Shown here: in pieces, positions 1 to 10,058 of the stretch
How positions within the stretch are numbered: position 1 is the stretch's first letter
Layout: each line of letters starts with the position of its first letter
The notes under the pieces: generated by a model
Seen by the model: the letters and a program-made list of their open reading frames with translations, nothing else
The model's database searches: none
Told to the model about the DNA's origin: nothing
Assembly (NCBI GenBank): GCA_965203465.1
Contig: CBDBCR010000001.1
Location: forward strand, 352,001 to 416,000
Length of the DNA stretch: 64,000 bases
Origin: Nitrosopumilaceae archaeon
Lineage (GTDB): Archaea; Thermoproteota; Nitrososphaeria; Nitrososphaerales; Nitrosopumilaceae
Direction: 5' to 3'
Translations under genes and position numbers: made by a program

Positions 1-329
1 CAACCCAGGTAGTCGTGTGTATCCCTTGCCGGGCTTGCGGTCTCTCGCCATGGCCATTTCGACCGCGTGTTATCCCAATGTCATTTATGCCGTTTCGAAG
101 ATGTCTAGTCCAATGTTAAGGCTCGAGGGCCCCAAAACCATAACACAAAACCAATCTGGAACTTGCACAGTGCGGGATTTTTATATGTACAAGTGCGCAT
201 ACGACGTTCTGCCTATCGCCTATCCATTTGGCTGCATAATAGATTTGTATCCTCGGCGTTCAGATCCGGACAACCCCGTGACTTCGTGACGTCTTGGAGT
301 ACGCGCAAGACCCGGCGCGGACCCGCCGG

Positions 330-1763
330 TCACGGACGGGATCCGGCAAACTCCCACCTGCCAAAGCCACATTCTCCGCATATGCTGTAGTGGTGGCGTA
401 TTTCTTCCTCCCATGTCTTGGTTCCGGCTACAAGCCGGCGCAGGGATTCCTTCATCTCGTTCAAGCCGGCGCACTCTTCGTTCCGCGTTATGAGCCCTGA
501 CAGGTACGTGTCCTTGGGCAGGGAGTTGCTCTTGTCCAAGTTGCATTCGGGGCATGCCAGAACCAAGTTCCACATGTTGTCGTCGACCATGTACGACCAC
601 GGAATAAAGTGGTCTACGTGTATGCAGTCTGGTTTGAGTCTGTTTTTGCAATAAAAGCACTTTTTCGCATGCTTGTAGAGAACGTCTTTGTATTTTTTGA
701 GGGAGCCCTGCTTTTTGATCCCGTTTATCTTGGCGGCCAGCTTGGGCATGCCGTGGTTTACCCTTTCCAAATACAGCACCCACTCGGCCAGCAGCGCACG
801 GGTGAGCAGCTTGTGATTGTAGCGCAAGAACGCGTGGGCTTCGGGATGGATGGTGATCACCTGCAGGTCGTCATCATAGTCGTAGAACATGTTGACGCTG
901 GCGGTCGTGCTGCCGTGCCTGACGTGCTGGAGCCGGGGCACCACCATGCCTTTTTTCTGCCTGTCGTGCCCGAACACGTCCGCGAGGATCCTCTGTTTGG
1001 CGTCTCTCTTGCGCTTGGCGCCCGCGCGCCTGAAACTTGCCGACTGTGCGTCGCCGAACACTTCTTCGAGTATGGTTATGATCCTAGGCTGGCGTTTGGT
1101 ATGAAAGTCCTGCTTCATCCTGAACTTGTATTTTTGATACCAGTAGTGCCTGAGGAACTCTCCGGCCAGATACTCGTACTTTATCTTGCGTGCGGATCCG
1201 TCAGGGGCGTGGCGCCTGCAATAATCCAGCAGCGTCTTGCACAGGGCGAACTTGTAGGTGTTGTCCCTGCGCCCCTCTGATATTATGGCAGTGAACGTCT
1301 TCCTCATGTTGCGCTCCGTCCGCTCTATCGGCTCCGGCTCGGGCCAGCAGTCCTTGACTCTAGCAGACGGCCTGTCTACTCGCATGGACGGATCCGACAG
1401 CCTGTACAGATCGGTGCGTCTGTCGCTCCAGTCGGACAGCGTGCCGCTCTTTCGCAGTCTGTTCAATATCTCGCTGGTTATGCCCATCAGCTCATTAGAC
1501 TTGCGCCTCGGCCCCCACATGGTGGAGGGCAGGCGCATCTCTTCGGCCAGCCGCCTGTCCAGATCTGCCTTTCTGTGCCACACGGGCTTGGAACGCCAAG
1601 CCTGCTGGGCCGGGCGGCCTCGGTGATTCGTGCCCAGCTCGTCTATGGTTCTGCCGTTGACGGTCAGCCCGTACAAGAGCAGCTTTGCCATGTTCTCCCT
1701 CTGGCGGCTGTCGGGCATCCTTTGTATGTAGGCAACCGAGGCGGAGCGTGGTTCCGACGCCAA
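330..1763 (-). CDS. HNH endonuclease with N-terminal winged-helix/Mrr_N-like region (candidate restriction or defence nuclease)
   Basis: C-terminal CFYC...HVDHFIPWS...NLVLACPECNLDKSN HNH motif and a central NTYKFAL motif; start codon uncertain. Confidence 0.85.
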   Translation of the reverse strand: MASEPRSASVAYIQRMPDSRQRENMAKLLLYGLTVNGRTIDELGTNHRGRPAQQAWRSKPVWHRKADLDRRLAEEMRLPSTMWGPRRKSNELMGITSEILNRLRKSGTLSDWSDRRTDLYRLSDPSMRVDRPSARVKDCWPEPEPIERTERNMRKTFTAIISEGRRDNTYKFALCKTLLDYCRRHAPDGSARKIKYEYLAGEFLRHYWYQKYKFRMKQDFHTKRQPRIITILEEVFGDAQSASFRRAGAKRKRDAKQRILADVFGHDRQKKGMVVPRLQHVRHGSTTASVNMFYDYDDDLQVITIHPEAHAFLRYNHKLLTRALLAEWVLYLERVNHGMPKLAAKINGIKKQGSLKKYKDVLYKHAKKCFYCKNRLKPDCIHVDHFIPWSYMVDDNMWNLVLACPECNLDKSNSLPKDTYLSGLITRNEECAGLNEMKESLRRLVAGTKTWEEEIRHHYSICGECGFGRWEFAGSRP

Positions 1764-2103
1764 CCCTCAGACTTTCCCCCCAAGCGTGCTTTTGACGGCC
1801 AAACGGGTGGCCGATTCTTGCGCCTGTTTATACTTTGAGAATTCTTACAAATCGGCGTGATCTGAGCACGGACGGCCGGAGTGCCAGATTCTGGCGATCG
1901 GGTGTTTTGCGCCGGCTGTGGCCGGATCCCGCACTGCATGAAGACGCGGATCGCAGGCATCTCCGGACACCGACCAGTCTGGCGGCGCTGTAGAGGCGAT
2001 CGATCCCAACGAATGTTGTACCATTGCCCCTGATCTATGTAGCCCTTTATGTTGCCGGGATCTTTCGGATCTAACGGCTGGGCAGATGGCCCACGGGGGC
2101 GGC

Positions 2104-3798
2104 TCAGTACTTGCCCAGTTTCCGCCTGCGCTTGGGCTCGGAGATCAGTTTCTGGTTTTTGCGCACCACGGCGCCGTACCTTTCCAACAAAAACTCCAGG
2201 CGTTCGTAGTCGTCTTTGAACGGCTTGCTGCGGTACAGGCGATCCGCCGCCTTGTCCAGTTTTCCGTGCGCTTTTCGGAGATCCGCCGACATGAGATCGG
2301 GATCGTATAGGTCGGCTAGCGTCTGGCTCGGATGGCTGGCGCGCGCGTTCAGGACGCCTCGGGCGTGCGGCTCTAGCGCATTCAAATCAGCATCCGGCAC
2401 CGGGAATGTGTTGTAAACCAAGCCTGCTGAATATCTGTAGTCCCCCTTTAGTCTGCCGCCCACCTTCGCGAGCCACGCCATGTGCATCTTCGACGTTATC
2501 AGCCCGAACAGGCCGAGCGTGGAGTCTTGCACGATCATGGTGCTGTCGCTTGGGATTACCGGTGGTTCCGCGTACCCGATAGGCACGTATTCGCGCCTCT
2601 CGGAACTTATGCGCGGTATCCGCAGGAACGGCTTTTCCGGCAGGACGTTGAGGTGGTACCGCGTGGGGGTCTCTGCCAGTTTTCGGGATCCGGGAGACCT
2701 GCTTTCCGACCGGTATCGTTTTACGGCCTCCACGCGTTTCATAACTTCCGGCATCGCCTTCAGCTCGGACGGCTCGGCGCCGTGCAGTGCCAGTATCCAC
2801 CGCTCCCCGCCGTTGATGAACTCCCTGGATCCTATGTACGGGCGCAGAAACTTGGCTGCCCCCGGCTCCTTGGCCAGAAAGCCGTCCTTTTCGCCCGCCG
2901 CGAAGATGTAGTGCCCGCCGTCTATGGGCTTGGAGCCCATTACCAGCTTGGGCAGGCCGTTGAGCCGCCTGGCAGACTCTGATACGAACGGCGCGTCGCC
3001 GCCGAAGCCTATCAGGTACGGCGATATGTGGCGCGGGTTCTCCTCCACTTTTCCGTCAAAGAGCCTCTTGCGGGCGACGGCGCCCTTTCTGGCCAGCCCG
3101 ATCACTACCACGTGCACGTGCGCCTTGCCGGCCGCGTCCGAATCCCACTCGAATGACTTGTGCGCGAAGGCGATCTCGTGCTTGCCGAGTATGGCAGGCC
3201 ACAGTTGTCCCACCTGCTCGCCCTGCGTCACGCTGTTGGTCGAGACGAACCCTATCTTGGCGCCCGGCGCGTACTCGACCGACTTGAAGAACCACGCGGC
3301 CACGTAGTCCGGCGTGCCCCCGCCCCCGCCGGCGGCCCTTGCGACCTGGGCGCGCTACCGCGCGGACATCACCTTGGCGCCGAGGAACGGCGGGCTGTTC
3401 AGTATGTACGAGCACTCTTCTGCGGGCAGCGCCTCGTTCCAGTCCGTCTCGAGCGCGTCGGCGTTGAGTATGTTGGCCCGCCCCTCTAGCGGGATCCGCA
3501 CGTACGAGTCGCCGTACACGCGGGATATCTCGTTGTTGGCAAGGTGGTCCGTCATCCACATGGCCGTCTCTGCTATCTTTGCCGAAAAGCCGTCCAGCTC
3601 TATGCCGTAGAACTGCCCGACGCCGATCCTCGGCATGCCGGCCTGATCGAAGCGCTTGGAGCGCGGATCCCGTATCTCCACCATCGCCTCGAGCTCCAGC
3701 CTGCGCAGCTCCCTGTACGCGACTATCAGAAAGTTCCCCGAGCCGCACGCCGGATCGAGGAACTTGAGGCCGCCCAGCTTTTCCTGGACCGGGTGCAT
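2104..3798 (-). pseudogene. MmeI-like type IIL restriction-modification enzyme remnant (MTase plus target recognition domain)
   Basis: FLDPACGSGNFL motif I, FVSTNSVTQGEQV and DYRYSAGLVYNTFP; in-frame TAG at 3355-3357; motif IV reads NSPPF; N-terminal nuclease part missing. Confidence 0.88.
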
Positions 3799-4019
3799 GT
3801 AATCTTCGTCTGCTGGGAATTTTCTAGAGCACAAGGACGCGCTCCTACGCACTACGTACAGGCTCGTGCGCGACAGGAGAGATGGTGGCTGCCAGGGGGG
3901 TCAGCGCAGGGACAGCAGACGCGTATTACAGCACACCTCACGAGGATTTGTCGGAATCTTTGGAGTTAGGCAACTAATTCGCGGGCAATCGTTATAGCGA
4001 CGGCGCCGCCCGCGCCGGC

Positions 4020-5270
4020 ATGGGCTGGTGCTCGCACAATTTCGTCCGGGATCGGAGCGGCCTCACCTGCTCAAAGTGCGGGTACAGGCAGAGGCGCCGC
4101 CGCCGGATCAGATACAGAAGCTGGCGCAGGGAGAGGCGGCAGGGGCGCTGGAAGGCGCCGGCCGCCGTACTGACCGCGATCGCAGTCGTGGCGGGCGCGC
4201 TGGTCGTCGCAGAATTCTTTCCCGGTTATCAGGCACCGGGCGTGCGGAGCGGCACCCAGGCGGGTTCCGGCGAGGCCGGAGACGCGGCGCCTTCGGGCCC
4301 CGGCTCGGGCGCAGTGTACGTCGCCCGGACTGGCCACGTGGCCGAGACGGGCAGCGCGCCGGGCGTGTCGGACGGCTCGGAGTCGGCCAAGGCGGCGGCC
4401 AAGATAGAGCTGTCCGCGCTGTACGACCACGCGCTGGAGCTCGCGAACGAGGACAGGGCCAGGCACGGCCTGGAGCCGGTCGCGCTGAGCGAGACAGGAT
4501 CCGCGCAGGATCACGCCGACGACATGATGGAGATCGGGTACTATTCGCACTGGCATTCCGAGGGGGTCAAGCCGTACGCGACGTACACAAAGCACGGCGG
4601 GACCGGGTACGTCGCCGAGAACATAGCGGCCAACCGGTGCTCCGGATACTGCTCCCACATAGACCCGTTCGAGGCGATGAAGGAGCACCAACGGAACATG
4701 GTGTACAGGGACGCCCACGCGGACTGGGGGCACCGCGACAACATACTCGATCCGGCGCACACCCACGTCAATTTCGGAATCTCCTACAGCGGCTCAGAGC
4801 TGTACTTTGTGCAACATTTTGAAAGCAACGGGGCCGGCTGGAGCGACGTCCACCTCAAAGACGGCAGGCTCATCATGGATGGAACGGCGCCTTGGGGCGG
4901 CACGCCGCTCATTTCAATCTACAGGGATCCCGAGCCCGAGCCGCTCTCTGCGCGCCAGCTGGGCACGGTAAAGCCGTACAGCCTGCCGTTCTACGAGATG
5001 GGCGAGATGGTCGGAATGGTGGTGAAAGTCCCTTCCGGGGGGACGTACCAGCAATGCCCCAACGGGGATCTGCTCACGGAGGGCGGGTGCTATCCGTACT
5101 CTTTCTGGCACGCCGACACCTGGGGCGACGGCAGGATCCGCATCACTGCGGACGTCTCCAGATGGGTCGGGACCGGCGGCCTGCACAGCGCCTTGGTGTT
5201 CTTGCCGGGCGCCGACGGCGTCCACGTCCCGTCGTTGGTGGTCACGCTCGAATACCTAGAGCAGAGCTGA
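4020..5270 (+). CDS. Membrane-anchored CAP (SCP-like) domain protein with N-terminal Cys/His zinc-finger-like and Arg-rich segment
   Basis: NEDRARHGL, AQDHADDM, YYSH, AENIA and WGHRDNIL CAP motifs; hydrophobic helix near aa 47-66. Confidence 0.85.
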   Translation: MGWCSHNFVRDRSGLTCSKCGYRQRRRRRIRYRSWRRERRQGRWKAPAAVLTAIAVVAGALVVAEFFPGYQAPGVRSGTQAGSGEAGDAAPSGPGSGAVYVARTGHVAETGSAPGVSDGSESAKAAAKIELSALYDHALELANEDRARHGLEPVALSETGSAQDHADDMMEIGYYSHWHSEGVKPYATYTKHGGTGYVAENIAANRCSGYCSHIDPFEAMKEHQRNMVYRDAHADWGHRDNILDPAHTHVNFGISYSGSELYFVQHFESNGAGWSDVHLKDGRLIMDGTAPWGGTPLISIYRDPEPEPLSARQLGTVKPYSLPFYEMGEMVGMVVKVPSGGTYQQCPNGDLLTEGGCYPYSFWHADTWGDGRIRITADVSRWVGTGGLHSALVFLPGADGVHVPSLVVTLEYLEQS

Positions 5271-6039
5271 TCGGCGGCCGGCAACCGGCGCGGCCGCTTT
5301 TCTTGCGCGGCGAACCGGCCGTTGGCAAGCACCGCCTCGGCGTGCAGGCACGCAAAGAGAAACGAGGCTGCCTAGCCTGCCCCCGAAGCTCCACGGGAAC
5401 GCGGCCGGCAAGAGCGCCGCCGGCGCCGACTCCGTTGCGCCTGCTAGCCCGGCCGTCGTGGCAGGCTCCGGCAAACGCGCTCTAGACGCGCTGGCGTTCG
5501 CCGGACCGTCGGCCATCGAGTCGCCGTTGCTCGAATTTCTCGGGTAGATGGCCCGCCTGTGCAACATCGGCATGGGCTCGATCAGGACGCTGGGCCAGAC
5601 AGGCATGAGGCCGAGTCGAGTGCCGCGCGGATTACCAGCAAACCCTGAATCGGATCCCGGTAGAAGAGTCAGGTATCTTGATAGGGGGTGCCTACAAGCG
5701 GGCCACAATGATCCGACACGGAATGTTGTTTACCACGTAGATGTGGTGGGTTTGACTTTCCGCATTGCGGCCCCATTGAAGCACCGAGTTTTACCAGGAT
5801 AACGATGTCGGAATCACCTTTCCGCAACTATCAAGTTGCGGCTCCATTCAGTCAGGCCCGCTAACTCCTAGTTAGTTGCCCAACTCTCTTGTGGAAGGGG
5901 TCGCCTCGCGCCACCTTGCGTCACCCGTGCTTGATTCTCGGGTGGAAAGCGCTCCCTAGCATCGGCAACGGCCCTGCATCGGGGGTTAGGCAACTACCAA
6001 CTCCCGAATTCTTATATTCTTACTGGCGCACGCCCGCCC

Positions 6040-9000
6040 GTGCCGGATACCCGCGTGGAAGGACTGCTTGGCATGTTCGGCGTGGATCCCTCCAAGAGGC
6101 AGAGGCTGGACTTTGGCAGGGGCTGGGAGTGCTACGGCGTGCAGCGGGCAGACGGGACGGATCCTCACGTGCAGGTGGTGCTGGCAGTTAGGGGCCCCAA
6201 GAATCTGGCCGAGCTCAAAAAGGCGATCACGGCAGACTGCATCGTGGCTTTTGTACCCAAGAACGCGCTGTTTCTGAGGGCGCTCGGGGAGAGCTGCTCC
6301 GTAGTGCTGGAAAGCGGCGACGACTATGAGCGCGTCGGAGCGGTGCTGCAGTCCTGCAGTCTTTCCGGCTCCAAGCTCGGAACGGAGTACCTAGGTGGCG
6401 TACGCGAGGCGATCAGGGCCATACCCGTATCCGAGATGCCCGGGATCGTCAACCGCGGCGTCTTTTCCAACCACTACCTAAAGAGCCGGATCTGGGACGA
6501 CCTGCAGCACGACATCGGCCCAGAGGCAGAGCGCGTCGGGGCCGCGATGGGCTCCAGCGCCAAGGCCGTGCTGGCCGCGCTTGGATGGAAGGTCGGCGAG
6601 GCGCCTGGCAGGACGCACAGGTTCGATGGGGCCTCGATAATAGTCGTGCCGAACCGGGACTTGAGCGTCCGCACGCGCGACGACGTGGCCCCCAGCTATA
6701 CCGCTGTGGCCGAACTCCAGCATTCGCAGTGGGTGATCTTGACCAACGGGACGGCGTGGCGGCTGTACACCAGCAGGGTGTCCGCGTCTACCACCAACTA
6801 TTTCGAGATAGACCTTTCGACCAAAAAGGCGGTTCTGGCCAGGTACTTGGCGGCCGTCTTCGGCGCCTCCTCGTATTCGGGCCCGGATCCACAGATCGGT
6901 GTGTTTTTCGAGCAGTCCCTGCTCAAGGCCGGGACGCTACAGGACAACCTGCGGGACAAAATCCTGCGCCCAGACGGCCTGTTCCTGGACATCGTCAAGG
7001 GGGTTCTGAATCACGACATGAAGAAACAGTTCTCCGAACAGGACTTGGAGGGAGCAAAAGAGACCGCCCTGGCGGTCATGTACCGCGTCTGGTTCGTGCT
7101 GTACGCCGAGTCGCGCAACCTGTTGCCGGTGCGCCATTCGGGGTACACAAAGATATCGCTCATGTCGCTGAGAGCAAAGCTGGACGGGTACGAGGGCGAT
7201 CCTGAAGGGGACGGCTGCTGGAGGCACCTGCTGGACCTTTTCGGCAGGATAAAAGACGGCAGCCCGGAGCACAACCTGCCAAAGTACGACGGAGACCTGT
7301 TCAAGAGGAGGGCCGACATCGAGCAGATCGACGTGCGCAACAGGTTCATCGTAAGGGCCCTGCGGGATCTGTTCGAGACCGACGGCGAGCCCGTGGACTA
7401 CGGGGACTTGGGGGTGCGACACCTAGGCAACATTTACGAGTCGCTTCTGTCGTTCAGCGTGCGGCAGGCCAAAAGAGACGTAATGCTGCTCTCTGACCGG
7501 AAGGGCGTACGCGAGGTCGCTTCCAAGGCAGAATCTACCTATTCGTACAGGAAAAACGACCTGTACTTGGCATCAAAGGGCGGGATAATGTCCCGCAAGA
7601 TGTCTGCCAGTTTTTACACGCCGGAGGAAATAGTCAAGTTTCTGGTGAGGCGGGGGCTGGAGCCCCTGTTTCGCGAGCGCGAGGCCAAGGTACCGGAGGA
7701 TGTCGCCAGATACAAGAGCAAGCGATCCGAGCAGAACCGGCGCGCCTGCATCGACAGGTTGCTGGATCTGCAGGTGCTGGATCCGGCCATGGGCTCGGGG
7801 CACTTTCTGGTCGAGGCGCTAAACCAGATCACGCAGTGGGCCACCGAGGTGCTCAACCGCAACCCGGGCCACCCGCTGGTGGCAGAGATCGAGCGGGACA
7901 GACAGACGGTCATCGAAGAGCAGAAAAAGGAGGGAATCAACATAGACCACAGCCTGTTGACGGCCGACGTTCTGTTAAAGCGCCGTGTCATGAAGCGGTG
8001 CATCTTTGGGGTGGATCTGAATGGGCTGGCAGTAGAGCTGGCCCGGCTCTCGCTGTGGCTAGACTCTTTTGCGATCGGGATGCCGCTTACATACCTAAAC
8101 CACCACATCAAGCACGGCGATTCGACTATCGGCTCCTGGCTCGGGGATCTACAGAGCCCCAAGAACCGTTCGCTGGACGATTGGACGCAAGATCTGGGCA
8201 AATACGGCGGGATGCTGGAGAGGGTCAGCGACAGCCCGGACATCACGGTGTCGCAGGCAACAGAGAGCAAAAAAAGCCACCAAGAATACGAGGAGCAGAT
8301 CAGATCCCACCGGCTCATGTTAGACGCGCTTACCGCGTTCAAAATAGAGCCGGAGCTGCTGCCCAAGAAGGCCAAGGCGGCTGACTATCTAGCGAAGCTG
8401 GGCCTTTCGCGGGACGACAAAGAGATCGACGCGGTACAATCAAAGATCCAAAAGCTGGCGTGCAGGTACCGTTTTTTCCACTGGGAACTGGAGATGGTGG
8501 ACGCCTTCACCGACTCGCGGCGCGGGTTTGATCTCGTGGTAGGCAACCCCCCGTGGGAAAAAAACAAACCAGCCCAGGACGAGTTTTTCGCGCCGCACGA
8601 TCCAACTTTCAAACACCTCAAACCTGACACGAAAAAGAAAAAGAGAACCAAAGAGCTGCTCAAAAACCCCCGCCTGCGGAGCTTGCACGAAGCGTACATC
8701 CAGTCGTTCCAAGACAAGGCTGCTTTTTACAAGACCTACGAGCTACAGGGTCCCGGCGACACGGATCTGTGGCAACTGGTGCTGGAGCGCATGCTCAATT
8801 TGGTCTCGGCCGGCGGAACAATCTCGGTATTGGTGCCGTCGCAGATCCTTTCAAACACGGGATCCGCAGACATGCGGAGGAAATTGCTCAACATGGACAT
8901 AAGGCAAGCGTACGTATTCGAAAACCGGAAAAAAATATTCGACATTCACTCGAGCTATCGGTTTGCGTTGCTGACCGTGAGGAACCAGCCCGGCCCCGAC

Positions 9001-10058
9001 GAGTTTAAGGCAGCGTTTTATCTGCATCATTTGTCTTCCCTCAACGACGGTTCTGCCGAAAGCACCAAATTCGTGGCTTGCTCCAAGCAGACCATAAGCA
9101 AAATCTCCCCCGAAGATTTGACGGTGCCGGAAGTCCCCACCAAATCATACGCGCTGCTCGCAAAACTATCAGAACGCCCCACATTGGGATCCATGTCGAG
9201 CGATGGATGGCGGGTATCTCTTGCTCCGGGCTTTCACGATGCTAAGGACGCAGACCTGTTCCGGGAAGACGGCAAGGGTTGGCCCGCACTAAAGGGAAAA
9301 GATATCCACCAGTTCAATCCTGCTTTTGCTGCGCCTGATTTCACCGTGGACCGATCCGACGGACTGCGCAGGCTGGGCAAAAAGAGGGTATATGTAGGAC
9401 ACTGCCCGAAATTCCACGAATCGTACATGTTTGTATTCCGAGACATCGCGCGCTCTACCGACATGAGAACTATGATATCGTCAATTATACCTCCGCATAC
9501 GTTTCATACAGCCTCATTACGTAGCGTTATATTGACTCGTAACCACCTTGCTATGTTTGGTGACTTACACAACCGCAAACTTGCACACTTGGCTGGAATA
9601 ATTAACTCCATACCGTTCGACTTTATCGCAAGGGCGAAAACTCAAATGCACATAGCAACCATATTCAAGCACCTGTTCGTCCCCCGCCCCTCAAAACACG
9701 ACGGGAAAATAGCCCACTTGGCAGCCGTTTTGACTGCGGCGTTACGTGGGGGGGGGATCCGTCGTATTTTGGTGCGTTTGCAGATTCGTTTGGCATCAAA
9801 CCCGAGCATCTGCCTCCTGCACGCCGCATAGATATTACCGCCAGACTCGACGCGCTAGTCGCGCACGCCTACGGCCTGTCCAAAGACGAGTACCGGACGG
9901 TGCTGGACTCGTTCAAGTTTGGCGAGGATCCGTCCCTGCGCGAAGCAGACGAAGCGGACTGGTCTGACAACCGGGTGCTGAGAAAATTCTACGGCGAGGT
10001 ACGCAAGGCGGCCATGCCCCACTTTGAGGAGATCGCCAAGGAGGATGGCCACAAATGA
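6040..10058 (+). CDS. Type IIG (Eco57I/DrmMI-like) N6-adenine methyltransferase-TRD protein, frameshifted at a G9 tract (9748-9756)
   Basis: WVILTNG..WRLY, SFYTP, VLDPAMGSGHFL and GNPPW motifs; the typical C-terminal RLDALVAHAYGLSKDEY..VLDSF lies in another frame after the G tract and ends at TGA 10056-10058. Confidence 0.88.
9748..9756 (+). repeat. Poly-G (G9) homopolymer at the frameshift point
   Basis: CGT-GGGGGGGGG-ATCC read directly. Confidence 0.9.

Noticed and set aside
3355-3357. In-frame TAG as pyrrolysine or programmed readthrough
   Set aside because: No pyl genes in the window, and the same gene is truncated with a damaged catalytic motif; simple CAG-to-TAG decay fits better.
5271-6039. 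Short ORFs between the CAP gene and the type IIG gene
   Set aside because: No recognisable motifs or consistent coding signal.
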